The translations under genes were made by a program, and so were the position numbers. A stretch of DNA of 64,000 nucleotides from Alphaproteobacteria bacterium 32-64-14 (lineage in GTDB: Bacteria > Pseudomonadota > Alphaproteobacteria > Caulobacterales > Hyphomonadaceae). The stretch lies in NCBI GenBank assembly GCA_002280725.1, contig NCEM01000008.1:28053-92052 (forward strand), read 5' to 3'. Positions 29,272-37,562 of this stretch are shown here, one piece after another; within the stretch, counting starts at the first letter, position 1; each line of letters opens with the position of its first letter. Below the pieces are notes generated by a model that saw nothing but the letters and a program-made list of their open reading frames with translations, searched no databases and had not been told where the DNA came from.

Positions 29272-29952
29272 CTAATTCACAGCCGAGCTGATAGCGCCGC
29301 TCGCGTCGTCGTTACGTTCGGCGGACGTCTTGTCGCCGCTGCGATACTTGCTCAGAACGATCGAACGGCGGCCGATGTCCGCCGGGTCCATCGGCTGGTC
29401 GCCGACAAGGTCCGACGGATTGGCGATCATCGCCGCAAGATTGACCGCAACCGCACAGCCCAGCGAAGGCATGGCCGAGTTGCTTGTCGTATCCGCGACA
29501 TCGACGGAGGACAGGTCCGGGCATCCCGGAACAACGGCGTTGTAAGTGCGGTAGCTGATGATCAGCGGCGCCGAACGTGCGCCCGTGCCGTCATACGTGC
29601 CTTCGGCGATCTGCACCTGGTCGATGCCTTCGGCCAGCATGACCGCGCGGGCGTCAGCCGATGCGCGCATTGCGGAAATGTCGTCCGGCCCGTTGCTCGG
29701 GCGCGAGATGATCATCGCGCCATGGCCTTCGTCCTGGTAGGCGAGCGCGAACTGGCGAACCGCGTCGCGTTCTTGCAGGCCAAGCTTCTCGCCCGGCATG
29801 ATCGAGCCGATCTTCAGCTCCGCCGTGGTTTCCTCGGCCACGATCTGCCTATGCATGCGGTTCGACCAGCCGATCTGCTCGTCGGTCTGCATGCAGCCAG
29901 CCAGCGTCAGGAGAGAGGCGGCTGCGAGTGCAATCTTGTGATGTGCTGACAT
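29272..29952 (-). CDS. cpaD: CpaD-family pilus assembly lipoprotein
   Basis: Lipobox LTLAGC. Size and position between cpaC and cpaE match the Caulobacter cpa order. Conserved Cys pair (VPGCPD ... LGCAVAVNLAAMIANPSDL). Confidence 0.8.
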   Translation of the reverse strand: MSAHHKIALAAASLLTLAGCMQTDEQIGWSNRMHRQIVAEETTAELKIGSIMPGEKLGLQERDAVRQFALAYQDEGHGAMIISRPSNGPDDISAMRASADARAVMLAEGIDQVQIAEGTYDGTGARSAPLIISYRTYNAVVPGCPDLSSVDVADTTSNSAMPSLGCAVAVNLAAMIANPSDLVGDQPMDPADIGRRSIVLSKYRSGDKTSAERNDDASGAISSAVN

Positions 29953-29963
29953 CTGCCCTGCCC

Positions 29964-31547
29964 CTAGTCGATGATGAAGCCGCTCGCGCCCTTGGGCGCG
30001 GCGGTGTTGCCCGTGGTGGCGCCCGGCACGGCATAGACGTCGTTCAGCTTGCCGAACAGAATCGTCCGGGAATCGCGCGCAGTCACGTAGCCGCGGTCCG
30101 GATCGCGGAAGCCCTGCGGATCGGTGGGATCAACCAGATAGGGCGTCACGATTACGACCAGTTCGGTCTCGTCGTTCTGGAAGTCGCGGCTGCGGAACAG
30201 CGCGCCAAGAATCGGAATGTCCTTCGCGCCTGGAACACCATCGAGGTTCTGTTTGGTCTGTTCCTGTATCAGACCCGCAATCACGAGGCTGCCGCCCGAG
30301 GGAATTTCAACCGTTGTCTCCGCGCGGCGTACTTTGAGTGCAGGAATCGTGAGCGTTTGCGCCGCGACCACCTGTCCTGTTGTGGGATCGACCGAGACGC
30401 CGGAGCCGGACTGAAAGCCGCCCTGCGTCGATAGCTCGGATACTTCAACTGACAGCTGCAGCGAGATGCGTCCCTCGGAAAGTACCACTGGCGTATAGCC
30501 AAGGCCGACGCCGAACGGCTTGAACTCGATTGACACCCTGCCGTTGTTCTGCGCCACCGGCACCGGGAACTCGCCGCCGACGAGGAACTTGCCTGCTTCG
30601 CCCGAAATGGCGGCAAGGTTCGGTTCAGCCAGCGTGCGCACGATGCCGACGCGCTCAAGCGCGTTGATCTTGGCGCCGACGGAGCCCTGCTGCGCACCGT
30701 CGACGACGTTCTGATAGCCCATGTTGGCGACAAGACCACCGAGCGACGTACCCGCGACCGGGAAAGCGTTCGAGGTGCCCGCCGACAGCGTCTGCTCCCA
30801 CGCCGGCTTCAGCACGGCGCCGGTCAGCTCCGGCAGACCGGTGATCGGGTTGAGCGCTGTTTCCAGCATGCGCGGCATCAGCTCGCCGAAGCTCATCGAC
30901 CCCGACAGGTTGATTCCCATCTGCTTGATCACCGAGCGCTGCATCTCGACGAAGCGCACCTTCAGCGTGACCTGGTCCTTGCCCTCGATCGCCATCATGT
31001 TGAGGACGCTGGTGTCGTCCTTGGCGTAGGTGCGCGCGAGTTGCAGCACGCGATCCGCGCCCGACAGGTTCGGAACCGAACCCGCGAGGATGATCTTGCC
31101 GTTCACCGCTTCAACCTGAACCTTTGAGCCCGGAACGTGACGCTTGATCAACCCACGCAGCTGATCCATGCCGGCGACGCCATCGGTCACCGAGATTTCC
31201 AGCGTCTTCACCTTGCGGCCCGAATGGTCGAGGAACACGATGTTGCTCTCGCCGGGGGCTACGCCCATCACGGCGACGCGGCGGCGGTCACGCGCGACCA
31301 CGTTGGCGATCTTGTCGTTGGCGATGATCACGTCGCCGATGTCGGCGTCGAACTCGATCATGTAGGACTTGTTGACGGTCAGCGTCAGCACTTCGGTCGA
31401 TTCCGGCGCGGTCGCTTCCGGGATCGTCATGCGCTGTGCGGGCGAACCTGCGAGGTCGCCGCTGGCGGGGGGCTGCGCGAAGGCCTGGGCCGTCAGCGCG
31501 AGCGCGCTGGCGAAGCTCAGCAGGATGAAGTTGCGATTGAACGACAT
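29964..31547 (-). CDS. cpaC: Tad secretin CpaC/RcpA
   Basis: Signal peptide MSFNRNFILLSFASALALTAQAFA, a pilus N-terminal domain, and a secretin C-domain (VPGAKDIPILGALFRSRDFQNDETELVVIVTPYLV). ATG 31547 with GAGG 8 nt upstream is preferred over TTG 31559. Confidence 0.9.
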   Translation of the reverse strand: MSFNRNFILLSFASALALTAQAFAQPPASGDLAGSPAQRMTIPEATAPESTEVLTLTVNKSYMIEFDADIGDVIIANDKIANVVARDRRRVAVMGVAPGESNIVFLDHSGRKVKTLEISVTDGVAGMDQLRGLIKRHVPGSKVQVEAVNGKIILAGSVPNLSGADRVLQLARTYAKDDTSVLNMMAIEGKDQVTLKVRFVEMQRSVIKQMGINLSGSMSFGELMPRMLETALNPITGLPELTGAVLKPAWEQTLSAGTSNAFPVAGTSLGGLVANMGYQNVVDGAQQGSVGAKINALERVGIVRTLAEPNLAAISGEAGKFLVGGEFPVPVAQNNGRVSIEFKPFGVGLGYTPVVLSEGRISLQLSVEVSELSTQGGFQSGSGVSVDPTTGQVVAAQTLTIPALKVRRAETTVEIPSGGSLVIAGLIQEQTKQNLDGVPGAKDIPILGALFRSRDFQNDETELVVIVTPYLVDPTDPQGFRDPDRGYVTARDSRTILFGKLNDVYAVPGATTGNTAAPKGASGFIID

Positions 31548-31555
31548 GGGATACC

Positions 31556-32440
31556 TCAACCTGCCGGCGCCGTGGAGACCGTCTCGGTCCCGTAGCGATA
31601 GACACGCACACCTTCGGCATCCTGCGAAACGCCGTCGCGATAGGCGCGGCCGGTCCCCGTCGCGCCTTGCGGCTGCGCGAGATCGGCCACCGAGCGAAGC
31701 ACCAACGCAAGATCGCCGGCCTTCTTCGCGGTGTTCAGCAGCGTCGCATCGCGATCGGAAAGCTCGAGCGTGGCGCGCGAGCCCATGATCACTTCCGCCT
31801 GCCCCGTGCGCGGGGCTGCTTCGCCTTCTGCGGCGGGCGGCGCGCCATAGATGTTGTCGATAGCAAGCACGCGGACGTTTGCGAGGATCAGGTCAGAGCG
31901 CACGCCCTGCATGGCGCTCGCCGACTTGGCGCCGCCGGTGTCCACTTCGCGCGTCACGATCACGTCGACGCGGTCATTGGGAACGATGAAGCCGCCAGCG
32001 GCGGTTTCCGGCTCGATCTCGAACGAGACCGCGCGCATGCCCGGCGTCAGCATCACCGACATGAAGCCGGCCGTGCCCGGGTGAACCAGTTTGGAGATCG
32101 TGACGGGCTCGCCCTTGACGAGTTCCACGCGCGCAACGGCGCCGACCATCTTGTCGAGCGCTTCGGCATCCGCTTCCTGCACGATGAACGCATCCATCGG
32201 CGCATCCGCCGGCCAGTCCTGCCAGGCAAGATCGCCGGCCGCGACGAAACGCCCGATCGGGATCGGGTTGTTGGCCACAAGCACTTTCTTGACGGGAATT
32301 TCGACGGGCGCGGGCGCCGCCATCACCGGTATCTCGGCGGCCGCAGCGGCAGAAGGCGCCTGGACGGTGCGCACGAGGAACACAGCGCCGATGGCCGCAA
32401 CAGCCGCTACCAGTAGAATGATCAGTCGCACGGGCGACAT
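31556..32440 (-). CDS. cpaB: Flp pilus assembly protein CpaB/RcpC (SAF domain)
   Basis: N-terminal TM helix (MSPVRLIILLVAAVAAIGAVFLV) and SAF/RcpC pattern (VLVANNPIPIGRFVAAGDLAWQDWP). GGAGGG RBS before ATG 32440. Confidence 0.85.
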   Translation of the reverse strand: MSPVRLIILLVAAVAAIGAVFLVRTVQAPSAAAAAEIPVMAAPAPVEIPVKKVLVANNPIPIGRFVAAGDLAWQDWPADAPMDAFIVQEADAEALDKMVGAVARVELVKGEPVTISKLVHPGTAGFMSVMLTPGMRAVSFEIEPETAAGGFIVPNDRVDVIVTREVDTGGAKSASAMQGVRSDLILANVRVLAIDNIYGAPPAAEGEAAPRTGQAEVIMGSRATLELSDRDATLLNTAKKAGDLALVLRSVADLAQPQGATGTGRAYRDGVSQDAEGVRVYRYGTETVSTAPAG

Positions 32441-32606
32441 GAAGGCCCTCCGCCGAGTCCCCAAAGGCCTGAAAGGGGCCCTATCCTGAGGCGGCAGACT
32501 TCCACGAGCGCTCTAAGGGAGAGTTAAGACGCCGGGGCGAAGGGCGTTAACAGATCCCGCTCCGGCTTAACCTTTTCAGCGCAGCGTCATCGCGATGCGT
32601 GCAGTT

Positions 32607-33113
32607 TCAGACAGTCACGGCTGCAAGCCCCGCTGCAATCACGGGCGATCCAGGCGCCGCAAGCAGCGCGCCGATCGCAATCGCCACCGCATAGGGCGCG
32701 CCCTCGTCCGGTGACTTGAGTCGCACGAGCCAGGCCTGCTTCGGCTCGAACTTCATGCGGCGCAGGACGATCAACACGCCGGCGAGCGCACCGCCCGCGA
32801 TCGCCATGCCCATCACGAAGGGCGCGCTCGCTGCAAGACCTGTCCACAATGAAGCCGCCGCGATGACCTTCGCATCGCCGCCGCCGAACACGTTCATGTA
32901 GAAGAGGCCCGCGCACACAACCAGCACGATGGCGCCGAACACGAGATGCATGCCGATTACGTCGAACGGCAGACCCGCCGTCAGCGCTGCGGGAATGAAG
33001 GCCACGCCAAGCACGATGGAAACCCAGTTCGGAATCGTCATCGTCGAGATGTCGTGCCACGCGGCGTAGATCAGCAGCAGCGGGAAACTCAGACACAGCA
33101 GCGACGTGATCAT
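32607..33113 (-). CDS. cpaA: A24-family prepilin peptidase CpaA/TadV
   Basis: Polytopic 169 aa carrying both catalytic Asp contexts (AAWHDISTMTIPN and FGGGDAKVIAAASLW). Confidence 0.85.
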   Translation of the reverse strand: MITSLLCLSFPLLLIYAAWHDISTMTIPNWVSIVLGVAFIPAALTAGLPFDVIGMHLVFGAIVLVVCAGLFYMNVFGGGDAKVIAAASLWTGLAASAPFVMGMAIAGGALAGVLIVLRRMKFEPKQAWLVRLKSPDEGAPYAVAIAIGALLAAPGSPVIAAGLAAVTV

Positions 33114-33184
33114 CTTCCACCCAAGCAACCAGACGATCAAACTACAGTATTTCGCTGAAGGAATTCTTGACCGAATAAGTATTC

Positions 33185-33224
33185 GCAAAAAGAAAGAAGC
33201 CGCGGACCGAGGGTCCGCGGCTTC
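33185..33224 (-). terminator. Strong hairpin plus T-run downstream of the pilin gene (terminator/attenuator)
   Basis: 13-bp perfect stem GAAGCCGCGGACC-gag-GGTCCGCGGCTTC (33196-33224), followed on the minus strand by TTTCTTTTTG. Lies between flp and cpaA. Confidence 0.6.
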
Positions 33225-33258
33225 CGATCTTGCCGCCAGCCAATTGGCCGGCGCCGGA

Positions 33259-33420
33259 TTACATGGAGCCGGAGATCGTCGTGAACGTCGAGTTGGCCGA
33301 CTGGCCAAGCTGGCTGACGCCACCGATCACGGCGACGGCGATCAGAGCGGCGATCAGGCCGTACTCGATGGCGGTCGCGCCCGACTTGTTGTTCAGGAAC
33401 TTCTTCATGAGGTTTTTCAT
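33259..33420 (-). CDS. flp: Flp-family type IVb pilin
   Basis: MKNLMKKFLNNKSG/ATAIEYGLIAALIAVAVIGG carries the Flp motif with a G/A cleavage site and the EY pair. GGAGAAG RBS before ATG 33420. Confidence 0.9.
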   Translation of the reverse strand: MKNLMKKFLNNKSGATAIEYGLIAALIAVAVIGGVSQLGQSANSTFTTISGSM

Positions 33421-33648
33421 ATTTGCTTCTCCGCTATGCATGGCTTCTTTTTTCCCACTCGCGAAGTACCATCACCCGCTGTAGGTATGTTGAGTTCTAC
33501 ATGAGCTGGATTGATATCGCGTAAAACGAACAAGAAATTTGCGAGTATTCGTGTTCATTTGCGCTTAACTACGATCGTTAGTCTTCGGTTCAATACTTTG
33601 AACAGATCGCAAACGCGGAGCGCCCTCGCCGGCTCCAAAATCGCTGCA

Positions 33649-33746
33649 GTAGAGTCTGTAGAGTCTAATGACTCAACGCACGCGAACGGCGCGCTTCCAC
33701 ACGCGATGCAATACCCGCGCCTGCGCGCATCCTTAGCCTTTGATTC
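33649..33746. promoter_or_regulatory. Tandem 9-mer (GTAGAGTCT x2 plus degenerate AATGACTCA) carrying three GANTC sites at 9-bp spacing, with a fourth GANTC nearby
   Basis: GAGTC at 33652 and 33661, GACTC at 33670, GATTC at 33742. All sit in the comparatively AT-rich 374-bp divergent region between flp and the 33795 gene. Confidence 0.4.
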
Positions 33747-33794
33747 AGTGTTGCTGCCTATCGTCGGCGGCGAATGCCCGCTGGGGAGACAGCC

Positions 33795-34235
33795 ATGCCA
33801 AAGAAATTTCTGGCCGCGCTTGCGATGAGCCTGGCGCTCGCGCCCGCAGCCCTCGCCGATCCGTTCGCTGTGAAAGTCGATCAGACCGTCACGCTGAAGC
33901 TGTCCGCTCCCGCCAACTCGGTCGTCATCGGCAACGCCACCGTCGCGGATGTCTCGGTGCACGACGCCAAGACGCTGCTGATCACCGGCAAGGCATATGG
34001 CTCCACCAACCTCACCGTCCTCGATCGCGCCGGCAACACGATCTACACCAACCAGCTGATCGTCGGCGGCGAAGATTCGACCGGCCTCACGATTGTTCGC
34101 GGCGGCGGCACCTATTCCTACTCGTGCGTCGACAAGTGCCGCGCAACGCCGATGGTTGGCGACGTGCCCGCGCACTTCTCCGATGTCATGGGCACCGTCA
34201 CCGGCAAGGCCGCGACCGCCAAGGGCAGCGACTGA
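33795..34235 (+). CDS. Secreted stand-alone 'pilus formation protein N-terminal region' domain protein
   Basis: Signal peptide MPKKFLAALAMSLALAPAALA. The body (VTLKLSAPANSVVIGNATVADVSVHDAKTLLITGKAYGSTNLTVLDRAGN) parallels the N-domain of the CpaC secretin in this window (LTVNKSYMIEFDADIGDVIIANDKIANVVARD...GESNIVFLDHSGR). Confidence 0.7.
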   Translation: MPKKFLAALAMSLALAPAALADPFAVKVDQTVTLKLSAPANSVVIGNATVADVSVHDAKTLLITGKAYGSTNLTVLDRAGNTIYTNQLIVGGEDSTGLTIVRGGGTYSYSCVDKCRATPMVGDVPAHFSDVMGTVTGKAATAKGSD

Positions 34236-34306
34236 CCCTTCGAGACTGATCGTAAATCCTGCAAAGCCCGCCCGCACATCGCCGGCGGACTTTGTGTTTG
34301 CGGCGC

Positions 34307-35800
34307 CTAGTGAGCCGGCCCCTCGAACTCCAGCGCACCCTTCGCGCCAGTCGTCTTCTTCAGCGTGAACATCAGGCCAAGCCCCGCCGCCAACAGCAGC
34401 AGGATCGGCGAGAAGCCGATGCGCTGGTCGTTGAACGTCCGCGTCGCCCACTCGATCATGGTGGGCCCAAGCCACACGGTCGCCGTGCTCGACAGCGCGA
34501 ACAGCCCGAAGAACTCGGCCATCCGCTCCCTGGGCGCCAGCGTGATGATCATGTAGCGGCTCGCCGCAATGTTCGCCGCCGCCAGCATCGCGATGAACGC
34601 GGTGATCGTCATGTAGAACACGTCCGGCAGCGTATCGAACAGGCCGAGGCCATGCAGCTGCCCGCCCGCCGGCACGAGGCCATAGAGTATGCTCTCGCGG
34701 GTCGTGCCCAGCGCGATCAGCACAACGGCGCACAGCGCCGCGAGCTGAACCATGATCGCCTTGCGCGCCCCCAACGCGCGATCCAGCACAGGCGCCAGCC
34801 ACAGCCCGCCGATGGCGCCGAAGATCGACGCCCAGATGCCATAGATCCCGCCCTCGGCCACGCCCCAGCCCAGCACGCCGGTCGAGAACACGCCGCCGAT
34901 GGCCAGCAGCGCGATGATCCCATCCTTGAAGATCAGGCACGCCAGCAGGTACTTCATCGCCTCGGGGAACTGGCGGAACAGCCCGCGCACATAGCCGACC
35001 AGGCCCTTCAGCTTGCCGATCGGATCGAACTTGCCATCGCTGGCGAACACCTCGCGCGCAGCAGTGCTCCACTTGCCGCCCGGTGGCGCGCCATCGGGCG
35101 TGTAGAGAAAGAACGGAACCACGAACACGATCAGCCATAGCGCCATGAACGGCCCTGCCCCGCGCTGAAGCATGTACTCGCCCTCGGCCCCGCCCAGATA
35201 ACCGGCGGTCAGCGCGATCACCACGACAACGCCAAGCCCCAGCGCTGACGCCAGCTGCCCGAGCCCGATACCGCCGCCCGAGATCTGCGACAGCGATTCC
35301 GGATTGCCGGCCGTGCGCAGCATCGCGTTGTGCATCATCTCGGAATACGTGTAGCCGACGAAGCCGAGGATCAGGAACATCATCGTTCCCATAACGCCCA
35401 GGCCCGCCGCGGGCGGCGAGAACACGCCGCTCGCGTCCACCGAGCCCGGCAGCGACCACCACAGCGACACGCCGCTGACCACCAGCATGGCGAGGAACAC
35501 GAACATCACCGGCTTGCGCGCGCCGCCCCGGTCCATCATCGAGCCCAGGATCGGCGCCGTCAGCGCCCCGATCACGCCGGCCCATTTTGTCGCCTCGGCC
35601 ACCGTCGCCTGCCCGTTCACCGGATCGCCGACAACGAACTGCGCGAAGTACGGCGGGAAGACGTACGTGACGATCAGCATGAAGTAGGGGTTGCGAGCGA
35701 ACTCGAAGAGCGCCCACGAAAAGCCCGCAGGTTGCATCAGCCCGCCGACACGCGCGTGCGTCGGGGCGGCTGCCTTCCTGTTCGCGGTTCCGTCCGTCAT
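34307..35800 (-). CDS. MFS transporter, UMF1/Atg22-like family
   Basis: 497 aa and polytopic. N-terminal SWALFEFARNPYFMLIVTYVFPPYF is the UMF1-type pattern. Confidence 0.8.
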   Translation of the reverse strand: MTDGTANRKAAAPTHARVGGLMQPAGFSWALFEFARNPYFMLIVTYVFPPYFAQFVVGDPVNGQATVAEATKWAGVIGALTAPILGSMMDRGGARKPVMFVFLAMLVVSGVSLWWSLPGSVDASGVFSPPAAGLGVMGTMMFLILGFVGYTYSEMMHNAMLRTAGNPESLSQISGGGIGLGQLASALGLGVVVVIALTAGYLGGAEGEYMLQRGAGPFMALWLIVFVVPFFLYTPDGAPPGGKWSTAAREVFASDGKFDPIGKLKGLVGYVRGLFRQFPEAMKYLLACLIFKDGIIALLAIGGVFSTGVLGWGVAEGGIYGIWASIFGAIGGLWLAPVLDRALGARKAIMVQLAALCAVVLIALGTTRESILYGLVPAGGQLHGLGLFDTLPDVFYMTITAFIAMLAAANIAASRYMIITLAPRERMAEFFGLFALSSTATVWLGPTMIEWATRTFNDQRIGFSPILLLLAAGLGLMFTLKKTTGAKGALEFEGPAH

Positions 35801-35963
35801 GAGCGCTCCCCGGCTGAAGACGCCGGATGTTGTTGTCGATACTCGGCCATGCCTCGCGGACTGTCGATCCGCATCACAGCCGCGACTTCACGAATCCCGA
35901 ACCGGGGATTCGAAAACTCAGGGGAATCCCTGCATGTGTTTGCCGGCAATGACCAGTCCGGTC

Positions 35964-37433
35964 CTAACGGAAAGGCGGCTCGTAGAACGAGCGCAGCTTG
36001 CGGGAGTGCAGTGCATCGCCGCCCGCACGGGCAAGACTCTCCAGGGTCTCGATGCCGATGCGAATGTGCTCGCCGATGGCGCGCTCGTAAAAGCGGTTTG
36101 CTGCACCTGCTAGCTTGATCTCGCCATGCAGCGGCTTGTCAGACACGCACAGCAGAACGCCATAGGGCACGCGCATGCGATAGCCGTTTGCGGCAATGGT
36201 CGCGCTCTCCATGTCGATGGCGATGGCGCGCGACTTGTTGAACCGCTTGGCCGAGTCGGTGAAGCGAAGTTCCCAGTTGCGATCGTCGGTCGTCACCACG
36301 GTCCCGGTGCGCAGGCGCTGCTTCAGGGAATCGCCTTCCTCGCCCGTCACTTTCTCGGCCGCTTCCTGCAGCGCGACCTGAACTTCCGCGATCGGCGGAA
36401 CCGGAATGTCGCGCGGCAGAACAGCGTCCAGCACATGGTCATCACGCAGATACGCATGCGCGAGCACATAGTCGCCAATGCGCTGCGAGTGGCGCAGGCC
36501 GCCGCAATGGCCAACCATGATCCAGCATTCGGGCCGCAGGACAGCAAGATGGTCCGTGATCGTCTTCGCGTTCGACGGCCCGACGCCGATATTCACCAGC
36601 GTGATGCCCGAGCGGCTGTCGTCGGTCATCAGGTGGTAGGCCGGCATCTGGTGCTTGCGCCAAGGCCCGTCATTCACTTTCGCCGCGCCGTCCTTGGTCT
36701 TCGCATCGATCACGATGCCGCCCGGCGCCGACAGCTTCGTGTAAGGCCCCGGCTGCTTCAGCCGCTCGATCGACCACTCAACGAAGTGGTCAACATAGCG
36801 GTGATAGTTCGTGAACAGGATGTAGCGCTGCACATGCTCGAACGGCGTGCCGGTGTAGTGCTTGAGTCTCTGAAGGGAAAAATCGATGCGCGGTCCATCG
36901 AACAGCGCCAGCGGCCGCACGCCATCGGTGTTGAAAAACCCGCCATCCTGGATTTCGGCGTCGATCACCTCGTCGCCGATCAGCTCCAGCCGCGGCGTCG
37001 GAAACCAGCGCGCGAACTCCGCCGGCGGCAGCGCCTCGGCATCGATGCTCGACGCATGCTCGAGCACATACGGATACGGGATCTCGGATTTCGAGGACAC
37101 GACATCCAGATGCACATCGAAGTCCGCGCAGATCTGCTCAAGCTGTTCGAGGAAGTAACCGCGGAAAAAGGCCGGCTGCGTAATCGTGCTGACATACAGC
37201 CCCGCCTCCGACAGCTTGGCGAAAGCGCGCGACAGGGGCGGCACAGGCCCATGCGGATCATAGGCGAGCCGCAGCTCGGGATAGCAGAAATCGCCGCGCA
37301 GGCGCGCCTGAGGATCGGGCGTCTCGCCCCGTGTCACGAACGCTTCCAGCGCCGCACGCAGTCTTCCGACCGCTGCGTTGTAAAGCTCGGTTGCCTTGTC
37401 GATTGCCTGTGTGGGGGAGAGTTTGGCTGTCAT
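35964..37433 (-). CDS. amn: AMP nucleosidase
   Basis: 489 aa with an Amn N-domain plus PNP/UDP phosphorylase fold (ITLVNIGVGPSNAKTITDHLAVLRPECWIMVGHCGGL ... AIAIDMESATIAANG). Confidence 0.9.
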   Translation of the reverse strand: MTAKLSPTQAIDKATELYNAAVGRLRAALEAFVTRGETPDPQARLRGDFCYPELRLAYDPHGPVPPLSRAFAKLSEAGLYVSTITQPAFFRGYFLEQLEQICADFDVHLDVVSSKSEIPYPYVLEHASSIDAEALPPAEFARWFPTPRLELIGDEVIDAEIQDGGFFNTDGVRPLALFDGPRIDFSLQRLKHYTGTPFEHVQRYILFTNYHRYVDHFVEWSIERLKQPGPYTKLSAPGGIVIDAKTKDGAAKVNDGPWRKHQMPAYHLMTDDSRSGITLVNIGVGPSNAKTITDHLAVLRPECWIMVGHCGGLRHSQRIGDYVLAHAYLRDDHVLDAVLPRDIPVPPIAEVQVALQEAAEKVTGEEGDSLKQRLRTGTVVTTDDRNWELRFTDSAKRFNKSRAIAIDMESATIAANGYRMRVPYGVLLCVSDKPLHGEIKLAGAANRFYERAIGEHIRIGIETLESLARAGGDALHSRKLRSFYEPPFR

Positions 37434-37562
37434 CGCGGGAAATTAAAGATGTCGGCCGCCTCAGTCAACGCGGCGCTTGGGCCCAGTCGGCGACTGTCCT
37501 GTGGACGCCCGCCTCCGCCGCCCCCTGCACGCCGTCCCTGGCCTGCCGCGCCGGAAACCGCC

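Noticed and set aside
33561-33580. Possible CtrA box in the flp promoter (TTAAC at 33565, GTTA at 33577).
   Set aside because: The spacing is TTAA-N8-GTTA, not TTAA-N7-TTAA(C), and only one half-site is intact. That is insufficient to call.
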